Source: the human T2T-CHM13v2.0 reference genome, Homo sapiens. Taken from it: 64,000 nucleotides of DNA. How positions within the stretch are numbered: the first letter of the stretch is position 1; each line of letters starts with the position of its first letter. Made by a program: the position numbers and the translations under genes. The DNA lies in assembly GCF_009914755.1 (NCBI RefSeq), contig NC_060947.1; one strand, written 5' to 3'. This document shows positions 18,005-34,971 of the stretch, one piece after another. A model generated the notes under the pieces. The model searched no databases. It had not been told where the DNA came from and was given only the letters and a program-made list of their open reading frames with translations.

Positions 18005-18736
18005 CTTCTTCATGTGTCTAAGACCCAGTGCATATATGACTTCATCCATTAAACCCTGCCCAATTACTTAGACCTCAAGTAATATTCCCTTCTCTGAATT
18101 CCTGTAACTTGCATTGCCTGTATTACTTATTAGACACTTAATGTGTACAGTACTGTATTATTATCTAACATTTATGCATGTTGAAAGGCCATCATCCAAG
18201 GGATTAAAAAGACCAAAACCATGATTTTGCACAGGATGAATTCCTGAGAAGACTAGAGATATTTACCTTAGAGAAGTTTTGAGGATGGGCAAGAGGTGAT
18301 ATGCTAATTATCTTTGACTAATCTAAGTGTTCCTATATGGGTAGCAAATAGGATGGTTCTATAGGGCTCCAAAAGATAAAACCACGGCCTATGGTTAAAA
18401 ACTATTGGGATATTATTTTCAACCCAGTTCAAAAATGACTTTCCAGTAGTCAGATCTGATTTGACAGAGAATGGGCTACCGCCTCAGGAGATAATGAAGT
18501 CTCTGCTATTAAAAATATTCAATTAGAGAAGAGTTCAAGAGAAAACTTAAGGATCAAATAAGCAAAATGAGATTTAGAAACCTTTTCCACTCAGGGATTA
18601 TCTGATTTTTAATATGCTTTGCCTTCTCAACTACTCTATAAATTTCTTAAAGACCCAGACTATCACATCACTTTCCATCCTTGGTATGTATTTCTTTATC
18701 TCAAACATAGTAGATGCTCATTAAACATTTCTTGAT
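18005..18736 (+). mobile_element. L2 3' region, split (about 18005-18180 and 18612-18736)
   Basis: ttcccttctctgaattcctgtaac... then ctactctataaatttctt...atagtagatgctcattaaacatttcttga. Confidence 0.5.
18185..18608 (+). mobile_element. L3/CR1 LINE 3' fragment
   Basis: gagatatttaccttagagaag...aatgactttccagtagtcaga...aatgggctacc...gaagtctctgctattaaaaatattcaa...ccttttccactcagggattatctgattt follows the L3 3' layout. Confidence 0.6.
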
Positions 18737-20129
18737 CAAGACAGACCCTGATATCAATACTGAAATAAAACTTTAAATGTTTGAGACAATTTTTGGAAAG
18801 CAGTTAACTACATTAACAATATAATTAAAAATGCGCTCTGAATATTCCACACCATGAAGTATCATGCAATAATTACTAACCCTAACAGTATATTAACAAT
18901 AGTATTCATGATCAGCAATAAGGCAATAGCAATTACATTAGTACTGATAATATTAGTGATATTTACAATGATTATTAGGCCCTGACAAATTTTAGATGGA
19001 TACACTATAATCATACATTGAATAATAACTTCATACCAGTAAATCAATCAGAAATAAAATGAAACTGAATGAGTTATTAGGTGTAAGTGATTATGGAAAA
19101 TAAAAATTGAAAATTGTGACTTAGAGTTTGCCAGAAAATAGAACCAGTATAAGAAAAGTTTAACAGAACTTAGAAATAAGTTCAAAAGAGCTAAGAAAAA
19201 TAAGGTCAACTAGTCAGTCTGGACCTAATGAATACGCAGTTGATGAGATTTCAAAACCAACCATTGAGGGCGAGATGTCAAAACATCAATGTAGAAATCA
19301 GACATTCAACCTCAACTAAGAAAAAAGTACAGTTTTAACTAAGAACACCTTGACGTATGAAGGGTGCTTGTGAACTCACCCTGTATTGTATAAAATATAT
19401 CCCAGGAAATGGAACTCCTGGGAAATAAACCACCAACTCACAAAGCCTCCTTTTCCTGTCTACTGAATGTGTCATTCTAGAATAATAATATAAACAGAGG
19501 GTGCATGAGGGAATTTTTTGTGTGCATATACAGGGGATTTTGTGTGGAGCTGTATATGTGTAACCAAGAACTGAAATATTTGACTAATAAACCTGTTAAA
19601 ATTTATTCCAATAGTTTTATTGGTAAGCCTAAAACAATCTGGTTTTCTTCCCAAGAACCATGATAAACCCAAGGACTTTCACAAGATTAACCTAAGTTAG
19701 AACTGGAGTGTTGTTGGAACTTCAAGGCAGCTTCAAGTGACAGCTGGAGGGAGAATTTCAATTTTTATCAAAATAATTGTTTTAAAAGATGTGAGGTTAT
19801 AACCAGGAAAGTAAGAAAGCAGTGAAGTCCAAAAGGGTGGGTACTTCTAACCATTGCAATGAGGAGAACAAAATGATACCAAAAACTGGCAACGACATAA
19901 TCCAGCCAAGTGATACTAGCCTGAAGTTGAGAATGCTGAAATATTAGTGTCCCATTTTTCTTCTGTGTCAGTTCATGGTCCAGGGGGATATCCCTGTAGA
20001 CAAAGAAGCTCAAAAGGGCCAGATATAAGCAAGCTTGAGATTTCACATTGTGACATATGTTAGCTGTTTCATTTGACACTTCTTTTCCTTAAAGTTATTG
20101 TGTATACCAGACCATCAACCTAATAGCAA

Positions 20130-20350
20130 TAATAAAATGAGTACCATCTATTGAGTTTTTCAATCTATCAGATGCTTTATAAATATAATTTGGTTTTTTT
20201 TTTGAATCCTCACAATTTTTAACCTCATTTTACAGATGATGAAATCCAATAATTAAACTAATCATACAAATGAAGTAACATACTAAAGAACAATTGGCTG
20301 GGCCAGGTTCCTTTTGCCTCTGAAGCCTGGAGTGGTTCTTTCCACTCCAA
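20130..20350 (-). mobile_element. MIR
   Basis: aatcctcacaa...cctcattttacagatgatgaaa MIR core. Confidence 0.7.
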
Positions 20351-20367
20351 TCTTGCGAAGTAAATAT

Positions 20368-20430
20368 TCAGAATCTGCATTTTAACACGGTTCCCAGGTG
20401 GTTTACATGCACATTAAATTGGAGAAACTG
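20368..20430. mobile_element. MER5A fragment
   Basis: gaatctgcattttaacacggttcccaggtggtttacatgcacattaaattggagaaactg. Confidence 0.7.
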
Positions 20431-21319
20431 GATATCATTCTGCTTTCCTGCTGTTTCTCTCATCAGTCATACACAAACACAAACACACACACACTCACAC
20501 ACTCACACTTACACAAAGAGAATGGGGGGTGGGGAGAGAAAGTAGTACAAGTCATTATCTACTTTAAAAGTTAGAAATATCGATACACTTTCTCTAATAA
20601 CCTCTGCAAATTTTGAATACATCTGTTAATCAGGCTCATTAAAATAACATATATATTTTATCAGCTGTTATTAGCATTCAGAGTGTTTACTGAATAAAAT
20701 AACTTTAGATAAAAATGAAACACCATATTTTACAACAGTTTATAGAGGAGCATAAAAAGGGAGAGAATAAAGGCATGAGTCATACAGAAAAACAGGAGTC
20801 TGGGTTTGCTGTGGTTCACACTTTGATAATAAGTACACCAGCAATTACAAATGATTTATAAACGGCTGTGGCTATAGAAAACCCACTGTCTGTAATAATT
20901 GCAATCCAAGCTTTCATGGAGCTATTTTCCCTGAAATTGCAGAGAGAATGGTACCATGAGAATTCTTCCTGTTTTCATAAATTCACCATCAATTTTGGTT
21001 GCCAGCAAACTTTATTTCCAGGTGCTGGACCTTTGCAATCCAAATTATTGTTATTGAAAAGAAAACTGAATGAGAAACAATCTGCATTTGGTCTAATTTT
21101 TTCTCCTTAATACATTTTCTAACATAAACTCTCACTTTTCTTTATCTATGCATCTCAATGAGTAGGTAATTTTTAAATTAAGTAGATTGGCCCTATTTGA
21201 AAATTCTATTTTTATTTCAATCTTGAGCATGCTGAAATCTGTTGAATATAATACCTAATATAGGAATTAAACAAATTTAGCATGGATGGTTCTCTTTTCT
21301 AAGACTAATGCCCTATCTC

Positions 21320-21465
21320 ACTGCTTCTCCAAAATTTTTCTTCATAGTTATCACCTGAGAACCTTGTAAAAATGAACATTCGGATTCAGTAGGTCTTGGG
21401 TGCATTTCTAACATCCCAGGTAATGTCAATGCTGCTGGTCCAAGAACCCACTACACTAGCAAAGG
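21320..21465. mobile_element. MER5 (hAT-Charlie) element
   Basis: tcacctgagaaccttgtaaaaatg...gattcagtaggtct...tgcatttctaacatcccaggtaatgtcaatgctgctggtcc. Confidence 0.75.
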
Positions 21466-22751
21466 CACTATACTTAATTTAGCAACAGTGAAATGTCTAA
21501 TTTTCAGTCCGCTTTTTCACAAAGCAAAACTGAGTCACCTTTTAAAATAATAAAAGTAATACTTAGTCATGCATTATTATATACAACATGTAAAATCATA
21601 AAAGTAGGAAAACTAAACATAATCTTGCCAACCAGATATAACTATTATTAACATCTGGCTGTATATTCTTCCAGTTTTTCTTCAATGTACATACATCTAG
21701 TTTTACAAAATGGATATCTTGCCATTCATTATCCTTTGATTTAACAACCATATCTAGACCACCCCAAATTTTTGCACAGTTTTATATCAAACCTCCAAAC
21801 CTCTCTTCACAGCCATATGTATCACTTAGAAATGTGAGTACAATACTATCAACCACATAATTCAACAAAGCAAACTCAACAGCTTTTTATCCAGGTGTTA
21901 ATGCAGAACAGCAAGAATTCTATAAAACCTTGAAAACGGTGCAGCATAAATATTAATAGCATAATGCTGTCACAGCTTCATATGCACTGGGTATACACAG
22001 GCAGGGCCTCCTCTGCTCAAAAATACACTTCATTTCTTCAGAGTGTTGCATTTCTTTCTAAACCTGATCTCCAGAGGCATATTTGGGGTTATTTTAGTCA
22101 TTCTCTCACATTCACTGGGGACCAGCTTCCTTAGAGAAACATAAGTTTTGTTCCATTTTTATTTTTTTCTCTCTGCACGGCTTGCTCGCCTTTCTTGACC
22201 TTTTCTTGGCACGCTGTAGACCACAGCTGCTTCAACTGATGGGGCAAGAGTCTGATGCTCTGCTCTGCCCAGGTGTTCCTTTTCATTAACACTGCATCAA
22301 TTCAGGCTGTCAGACAGGCTGTTATACCCATGACAACTAAACAGTTGGTAGAAAACAGGTACAGGTGGGCTACCAGTCACTTATACATGAATCGAAAGGG
22401 CTACTCTTGTCACTCATCCTTAGTGGCAAAATGGTATAATAGAAATGGATTACGTGCAATATTCTGTGCTATTTAGAGATGCATGTGACAAACTGGAAAA
22501 ATGAGGATGCATACTTTAAAATTTAAATAAAAGTACTCTGCCAAAATGTAAGCATGACAATAAATGTGTTTTCTTATGAAAGCCAGGCATGATACAAAAT
22601 CGTTTTTTAAAAAATAATTTTAGCTAGGGTAGTTAACACAGTTTGAAAGATTGAGTAAAATTCTTTGGTGTCAGAAATAGAACAAACTCCTGTCTGGTAA
22701 GCTAATAATTTTATGTTAGCTATTTCTGGGTATATCGTCTCTATGTTAGCA

Positions 22752-23400
22752 CAGCAGTTCTCAAACTTTAGTGTGTGTCAGAATCACCAAAAGACCTTGC
22801 TAAAACGAAGATTGGCGGGCCCCACCCCTAGAGTTTTTGGTTCAGTAGCTCTGGAGTAGCATCTGAGAATGTGGCATTTCTAAGATCCTAGGTGATAGTA
22901 ATGGTGCTGGAATAATAAGAATGCTTAGAGTCGTGCAATAATTCACACTGCTTTAGAGAAGCGGTTCTCAAACCAAAGTTGGCAAAAGAATAACTTGAGA
23001 TGAAAAGCTTAATAAAATGTAGATTCTAGTGTCTCAACTTCTAGCACTTTAATAAACGATTCTGCCACAGATGGGCCTACATAGTCAACCACATTCTGAT
23101 GATATTATTAGGTTGGTGCAAATGTAATTGTGGTTTTTGCCATTACTTTTAATTATTGTAAAGAGATTGATTTTCACAACTGAAAGAACATCAAAATCAC
23201 TTAAACTAGAGCTTCTCAAACTTTAAGGCACATACTAATCACCTGGAAATCTGCTTAGACTGTTTCAGTAGGCCTAGGGTGGGACCTAAGATTCTGAATT
23301 TTCAACAAAGTCCCAGGTGATACTAGAAAGCCTGTTAATAAACTATAGACTGACAAGTCCCATCCCAGACATTTTTATTCAGTAGAATGAGAATATATTT
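22752..23400. mobile_element. Cluster of 3-4 MER5-type fragments
   Basis: cagcagttctcaaacttt (22752), gcggttctcaaa (22961), gagcttctcaaacttt (23209), with ttcagtag internal motifs. Confidence 0.7.
23108..23153. mobile_element. Half MADE1 (Hsmar1 TIR-derived MITE)
   Basis: TA + ttaggttggtgcaaatgtaattgtggtttttgccattacttttaat. Confidence 0.88.
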
Positions 23401-23591
23401 CCAATTTTTAAAAATGCACCCAGAATACACTCAGTATATTTAAATTCTTTTGGTCACTCCCTGTAACCAAATATTTTGAGATTGATTTTTGGAGATTCGA
23501 TATAGTACCAGTAATATTGTATGTTTCTGTTGAAAAGGCAAAGCATCTGAGGCAGATGAGTGGGGATTTTTTTGAAATGAAAAAGACTTGA

Positions 23592-24252
23592 TGTGATAGA
23601 TTGCATTTTCCAAATGTCTGCAACAATAATCCTTATCCCACATGCTTTTCTACAACATAGACTTGATATTCTTCCTATTGAGTGGTAAGTTCTATGTACT
23701 CTCCTCTTGAATCTAAGTGGGCTTTTGACCCCCCCATGTAATTGACAGGATGTCAGAGAAGAAAAGATGCATGACTTCTTGACTTCCAAGGCAATGTCAG
23801 AAAAAGTGATGCAGTCTCCATCTTGTTCTTGGAAGACTCCTATCTGGAGTCCCAAGCCACCATAGAAGAAGTTTGACTACCCAGAGTCTGCCACGCTTTG
23901 AGGACACCAAACCACGTGGAGAGGCCAATCAGTGAATCTAGATAAAAGATATATAGGAATTCCTAATACTATGTTGCTCCTGTTGGTAGTTCTATGCTTC
24001 AGGGCCCTCCACTTTAGGGCAGGACATGTGAGTGAATAAGCCTTGAAATAATCCCAGTCTTTGACTATCAACTCACACACAGCCTTTGAGTCTTCTTTAT
24101 TGAGGCCCTGAATATTGTATAGCAGAGAGAAGCTATACACCCTCTGCCCTTTCCTACTTCCTGACTCACAGATTCCATTAACATAACAAAATTCCTATAG
24201 TCTGCATCACTCAGCTTGAGGTGGTTTGTTACTCAGCAATAACAACATGAGC
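23592..24252 (+). mobile_element. MaLR LTR, MLT1G/H-like
   Basis: tgtgatagattgcattttccaaatgtctgcaacaataatccttatcccacatgc...gaggtggtttgttactcagcaata. Confidence 0.78.
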
Positions 24253-24599
24253 CCTAAGACAATACAACTTAATAAAACCATAAAATTCTCCTTAGGAAAC
24301 ACATGAGAAACTTAGACGTATAAACCACTTATTTTAGGCCCACTGTAAAGCTGATGAAAAGAAACGTTATAGCTATAGATCTGCATGATATAAATAGCTG
24401 ACATGTATTTGAGTGTTTTTTACATGCCAGATCCTTTATGTATGTATCAGGGGAAAAAGTCAAAATGCCTCTTAGAGTATTCCGGCAGAGGGAAATAAGT
24501 TTCTACTCTCTCCCCAGTACTTTTCCATTTACTAACTATTGCCATGAAAATTGGCTTTCTAAAAAAAAAAATAGATCTATGAAAAGGTAAGCAATAATT

Positions 24600-24926
24600 T
24601 TTAAAATTACAATTTTTATATAATTTCACATCAAAAGTTTCTAACATAATATTAGAAACATATATGTACTATTTATCCAGATTCACTGATTGCTTATACT
24701 TTCTATCTTTAAATACATATTTTTATATATAAATTATATGTAAATTGTATATATAAATTATTTATGTATAAGTTACACATAAAATTATTTATAAATAAAT
24801 TACATTTTACATATATATATATATATATATCTTCTTAAACTGTTTAAGAGAAGGTTGAAGTCATTTGGATATATTGTACCCCTTTATTCCAAATACTTTA
24901 GTATTTTTTTCTGAAAATAAAAACAA
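24600..24926 (-). mobile_element. Old L1MC/ME 3' fragment with an AT-rich expansion
   Basis: tttatccagattcactgattg...cccctttattccaaatactttagt. Confidence 0.45.
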
Positions 24927-27900
24927 GGAGAGGGGCCAAGATGCCCTATTAGAAGCAGCTACAGTCCATGGCACTCACGGAGAGGAAAAAAAGGGGCGAG
25001 CGAATACAGCACCTTGAACTGAAATATCCAGATTCTTGCAGTGGGACTGATTAGGGAAACAATTTGACCCATGAAGAACAAAGAAAAACAGGGTGGGGTG
25101 ACAGCCCACACAGAGCCAAGGGACCCCCGATCCCCACCCAAGGAAAGCAGTGAGTGATTGTTTGATCCTGTAACACCATGCTTCCCCCATGGATCTTTCC
25201 AACCTGTGAATCAGAAGATCCCCTCGTGAGCTCATGCCACCAGAGGCTTGGGTCTGACACATAGAGCTTTGTGGAGCCTTGGCAGAGCAGCTTCTCAGGC
25301 ATTCACAGAGACCCAGGAGCTTTACATACTCTAGCCCTGGGAACCCCAACAATCATGCCTGCAACTCAGGCAGGGCAGGAGGTCTTCACATACCCCTAGG
25401 GTAGTGCCAGAATCCAGGGAACCAAGCAGCATCATTCTGTGGGCCCCATGGCACCTCACAAGATAAGACCCACTGGCCTGAAATTCCAGCCAGGCACCAG
25501 TAACACATTGGAGCCTTCCAGAGACTGGATGGAGCCCCCAGGCAGAGGATTGTGCACCATCTCTGCTGTGTGGTTGACTCAGCCATTCCAGCCTGTGGTC
25601 TTGGGAGAGTCCAAACTTGGGATGAGGAAGGGTCCCCCCAGCAGCGCAGCACAGTGGCTTTGCCAGATCATGGCCAGACTGCTTCTTTAAATGGGACCCT
25701 GATCCATTCTTCCTCACTGAGTGGGACCTCCCAGCCAGGCTTTCCAGCAATGCCAGCCTGCATGCTTAATGGACAGGGCTCTGATTTCTCTCTAGGAAGG
25801 AGTGCCCAGGAGCAGGGAGGGCCACCACCTGGGTTGGTTGGACGACTCAGCCACTGCAGCCTGTGGGCTTTGAAGAGTCTAAGCTGACCGGGGCAGACGT
25901 GGTTCCCTACTACAATACAGATGTTTTGTCACGGCATGGCCAGACTGCTTCTTTAAGAGGGTCCCTAATCCTATTCCTCCTGACTGGGTGAGACCTCCCA
26001 ACTGGAGTCTAAATCTACCTCCTACAGGCACATGCAGGCCAGCAATAGGTCAATGCCTTCCCTGGGATGGAGCTTCCAGAAGAACGGGCAGGCTGCCAAA
26101 CTTGCTGTTTTGCAGCCTTCACTGGTGATATCTCCAGGTACAGGAAAAGTCGAAGCAACTAGGGTCTGGAATGGACCTCCAGCAAACCACAGCAGCCATA
26201 CAGAAGACTGGCCAAACTGTTAAAAGAAAAGCAAACAGAAAACAACAACAACAACAAAAACCACAAAAACCCCATCCACAGGTCGGCAACCTCGAAGATT
26301 GAAGGTAGATAAACCCATAAAGATGAGCAAGAATCGACACAAAAATGCTGAAAATTCAAAAAGCCAGAGTGCTCTTTTTCCTTCAAGTGATTGCAACACC
26401 TCTCCAGCAAGGGCTCAAAACTGGGCTGAGACTCCAATGGCTAAAATGACAGAAGTAGGCTTCAGAAAGTGGGTAATAATGGACTTCTGTTAGCTAAATA
26501 AGCATGTTGTAACCCAATGCCAAGAAGTTAAAAATCATGATAAAACAATACAGGAGCTGAAAGCCAAAATAGCCAGTTTAGAGAGGAACATAACCAAACT
26601 GCTAGAGCTGAAAAAAAAAAAAACACTACAAAAACTTCACAATGCAGTCACAAGTTTTAAAAGAAAAATGGTTTTTTCTTTCCATCTTTAGTGCTTCCTT
26701 CAGGAAGAAAAAACCATTACCAGCCACTACAAAAACACACTGACATACACAGACCAGTGACACTATGAAGCAACCACATAAACAAGTCTGCAAAGAAACA
26801 CCTAGAATCATGATGACAAGATCAAATCTACACATAAGAATACTAACCTTAAATTGAAATGGGCTAAATTGCCCAATTAAAAAGACACAGAATGGCAACT
26901 GGACAAAGAAGAAAGACCCATTTGTATGCTGTCTTCCAGAGTCCCATCTCACATGTGAAGACACACATAGGCTAGAAATTAAGGGATGAAGAAAATTTAC
27001 CAAGAAAATGGAAAAACAGAAAAAAGTAGGCATTGCAATCCTAGTTTCTGACAAAACAGACTTTAAACCAACAAACATCAAAAAAGACAAAGAAGGACAT
27101 TACATAATGGTAAAGAGTTCAATTCAACAAAAAGAGCTAAATATCTTAAATGTATATGCACCCAATACAGGAGCACTTAGATTCATAAAGCAAGTTCTTA
27201 GAGACCTTCAAAGAGACATAGACTCCCATGCAATAATAGTGGAATACTTTAACACATCACTGACAATATTAGACAGATCATCAAGACAGAAAATTAACTC
27301 AGCTCTGTATCAAGTGGGCCTGATAGACATATACCAACCTCTCCACCCCAAAACAACAAAATATACACTCTTCTCATTGCCACATGGCAGTTACTTTAAA
27401 TTGGTCACGTAATTTAAAGTAAATTACTCCTTAGCAAATGCAAAAGAACCGAAACTATAACAAACAATCTCAGACCACAGTGCAATCAAATTAGGACACA
27501 AGATTAAGAAATTCACTCAAAACCACAAACTACGTGGAAACTGAACAATCCATTCTTGAATGACTCTTGAGTGAATAATTATATTAAGGCAGAAATCAAG
27601 AAGATCTTTTAAACTAATGAGAATGAAGATACAATGTAACAGAATCTCTGGGATGGACCTAAAGCAGTGTTAAGAAGGAAGTTTATAGCACTAAATGCCT
27701 ATATCAAAAAGGTAGGAAGATCTCAAGTTAAAAACCTAACATAACAACTACAAGAACTAGAGAATCAAGAGCAAACAAAACACATAGCCAGCAGAAGACA
27801 GGAAATAACCAAGATGAGAGCAGAAATGAAGGAGATAGAGACACAAAATCCCCTTCAAAAAATTAATGAATCCAGGAGATGTTTTTCTGAAAAAAAAATA

Positions 27901-30004
27901 AAAGAGATAGACTGCTAGCTAGACTAATAAAGAAGAAAAGAGAGAAGATTCAAATAAAGACAGAAATTATGAGAGGAATATCACCACTGGACCCACAGAA
28001 ATACAAACAAGCATCAGAGAATACTATAAACACTTCTACGTACATTAACTAGAAAACCTAGAAGAAATGAATAAATTCTTCCACACATATACCCCCCCAA
28101 GACTGAACCAGGAAGAAATTGAATCCCTAAATACACCAATAATGAGAACTGAAATTGAGGCAGTAAAAAATAACCTGCCAACAAAAAAGCCCAGGACCAG
28201 ACAGATTCACAGCTGAATTCTACTAGAGGTACAAAGAAGAGCTGGTACCATTTCCACTGAATCTATTCCAAAAAATTGAAAAGGAGGTACTCCTACCTAA
28301 GTCATTCTATGAGACCAGCATCATCCTGATACCAAAATCTGGCAGAGACACACACAAAAAAAGAAAACTTCAGGCTAATATTTATGATAAACATCTATGC
28401 AAAAACCCTCAACAAAATACTTGCAAACTGACTCCAACAGCAAATCAAAAACCTAATCCATCATGATCAAGTAGACTTCATCCCCAGGATGCAAGATTGG
28501 TTCAACACATGCAGGTCAATAAATGTAATCAAGCACATAAACAGAACTAAAGACAAAACCATGTGATTATCTCAATAGATGCAGAAAAGGCATTTGATAA
28601 AATTCAACATTCCTTCATGATAAAAAAAACTCTCAATGAACTAGATATTGAAAGAACATACCTCAAAATATAAGAACCATATATGACAAACCCACAGCCA
28701 ATATAATACTGAATGGGGAAAAGCTGGAAGCATTCTCCACGAAAACTAGCACAAGACAAGGATGCCATCTCTCACCACTCCTATTCTACATAGTATTGGA
28801 AATTCTGGCTCAAAGAAACCACTGCTCAAATAAATCAGAGATGACACAAACAAATGGAAAAACATTCCATGCTCTTGGATAGGAAGAATCAGTATCATGA
28901 AAATTTCCATACTGCTCAAACCAATTTATAAATTAAATGCTATTACCATTAAACTACCATTGACCTTCTTCATCGAATTAGAAAAAAAAACTATTTTAAA
29001 AGTCATATGGAACCAAAACAGAGCCCGAATAGCCAAGACAATCCTTAGCAATAAGTACAAAGCTGGAGGCATCATGCTACTCAATTTCAAACTATATTAC
29101 AAGGCTACAGTAACTAACACTGCATGGCACTGGTACCAAAACAGACATATAGACCAATAGAACAGAACAGAGACCTCAGAAATAACATCAAACATCAACA
29201 ACCATCTGATCTTCAAGAAACCTGGTAAAAATGAGCAATGAGGAAAGTATTCCTGATATGGTTTGACTGTATCCCCAACCCAAATCTCATCTTGAATTGT
29301 AGCTCCCACAATTCCCATGTGTTGTGGAAGGAACCTAGTCGAGGGTAATTGAATCCTGGAGGCAGGTCTTTCCTGTGCTGTTCTCATGATAGTGAATAAG
29401 TCTCATGAGAGCTAATGGTTTTTATAAGAGGAAGTTTCCCTGCACAAATTCTCTCTTGCCTGCTGCTATGTAAGACAAGACTTTGCTTTTCCTTTGCCTT
29501 CCGCCATGATTGTGAGGCCTCCCCAGCCATGTGGAACTGTGAGTCTATTAAACCTCTTTCCTTCATAAATTATCCAGTCTCAGGTATTTGTTCATAGCAG
29601 TGTGAAAATAAACTAATGCAATTTCCTATTAAATAAATGGTGCTGAGATAACTGGTTAGCCATATGCAGAAAACTGAAACAGAACCCCTTCCTTACACCA
29701 CAAACAAAGATCAACTCAATATTGATTAAAGTCTTAAATGTAAAACACAAAACTATAAAAACCATAAAATAAAACCTAGGCAATACCATTCAGGACATAG
29801 GAACGGGCAAACATTTCATGATGAAGACACCAAAAGCAATTGCAACAGAAGCAAAAATTGACAAATGGGATATAATTAAACTAAAGAGCTTCTGCACAGT
29901 GAAAGAAACTATCATCAGAGTAAACAGACAACCTAAAGAATGAGAGAAAATTTTTTCAATCTACCCATCTGACAAAGGTCTAATATCCAGCATCTACAAG
30001 GAAC

Positions 30005-30007
<3 letters not shown>
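24927..30007 (+). mobile_element. Older primate L1 (about L1PA12-14 age): intact 5'UTR, deleted ORF1, decayed ORF2, no 3' end
   Basis: ggggccaagatgccctattagaagcagct 5' start; GC-rich 5'UTR; ORF1 N-terminus MSKNRHKNAENSKSQS; ORF2 fragments 27008-27412 and 28897-29160. Confidence 0.9.
29254..29620 (+). mobile_element. THE1B/C solo LTR inserted in L1 ORF2
   Basis: tgatatggtttgactgtatccccaacccaaatctcatcttgaattgtagctccc...aactaatgca; TSD attcc/atttc. Confidence 0.92.
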
Positions 30008-33783
<3,776 letters not shown>

Positions 33784-33945
33784 TTGACCCCTTTATCATT
33801 ACATAGTGACCATTTTTGTATCTTCTTATAGATTTGTCATGAAATCTATTTTGTCTTATATAAGTATAGTGACTCCTGCACGTTTTTGTTTCCATTGGCC
33901 TCAAGTATCTTTTCTAGCCCTTTATTTTCAATCTATGTGTGTCTC
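33784..33945 (-). mobile_element. Old L1M ORF2 endonuclease fragment
   Basis: ttgacccctttatcattacatagtgacc...taagtatagtgactcctgc. Confidence 0.8.
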
Positions 33946-34529
33946 AGTTAAGCTTTTATTGTCAAAATTGTTTCAGAAGCACTTTTACTATATAAATCTT
34001 TGTTCCTCAATTTTCTCTTCATGTGCCTGTCAACATCATAATCAGTCTTTAATTAATGAGATGAATAAAATGTTTAACTGTCATTTATTTATGATTTGTA
34101 TGAGAGTCATACTTTTAACTTTTTAAACATTATATTTTAGTAGGAATTTTTACATCAAAAACTCATCACGTCCTTTAATCAAAACTGCTTTACCTTTTAC
34201 TTTTTATGCTTTGTAATACTTTTTTGCTTTATTACATTGTTTTGAACTCTTGTACAATAAAATATTCTGTCTTTATATTTTTTCCAGTACTTTTTGAATG
34301 TGTTTGGGATTGGTGCTGCATATGTTTAAGTGAGATGGAACTGCACGATTTGTTTTTTAAAAATCTTCTTAACTTGTCCTTTTAGTCAAAAACCCAAGCT
34401 ATCCCTGCCTTGCCCCCAGATCCTTTTCTCACAGAATAATCTAAGAGTTTTGAGAAACAGAGAAATTTATTTCTGTACATTGCAGAGCAACAGAAATCTG
34501 GGATTTGTTACCAGGATCTTGATAGTGAA

Positions 34530-34971
34530 TGTATTAGTTCATTTTGTATTGCTATAACAGAATACCACAAACTGAGTAATTTATAAAATATATATATAAA
34601 AATCTATATATATATATGAAATATATATATCTTACAATTCTGAAGCTGGGAAGTCCAATCTCAAGAGGCTTATAACTGGTGAAGGTCTTCTTACTATGCC
34701 ATCTGTAGAATAACAATACAGCACTTGTAAGAGAGCAAAAGAACAAGAGGGGGCTGAACTTGCTTTTATAACAAGGCCACTTTCTTGAAAATTAATCCAC
34801 TCCTGCAATAACCCATTCCTGTAATAACCCAATCCTAAAATAGCATTAATCCATTCAGGGGGGCAAATCTCTCATTACCTAATCACTTATTTGGCCTCAC
34901 CTCCCAACACTGTTGCATTGGGATTAAATTTGCAAAACATAAACTTTATGGGATATAGTCAAACCATAGCA
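34530..34971 (-). mobile_element. MaLR solo LTR, MSTC/D-like
   Basis: tgtattagttcattttgtattgctataacagaataccac...caaaccatagca; TSD gtgaa/gtgag. Confidence 0.88.

Noticed and set aside
18860-19035. Hydrophobic 61-aa ORF as a membrane micropeptide
   Set aside because: Produced by (AAT)-rich low-complexity DNA.
24959-26440. GC-richer region with many overlapping ORFs as a gene or CpG-island promoter
   Set aside because: It is the L1 5'UTR and is CpG-depleted.
33784-33945. Continuation of the antisense L1 EN fragment at 110-315 (large rearrangement)
   Set aside because: The two pieces overlap in L1 coordinates and differ in sequence, so they are independent copies.
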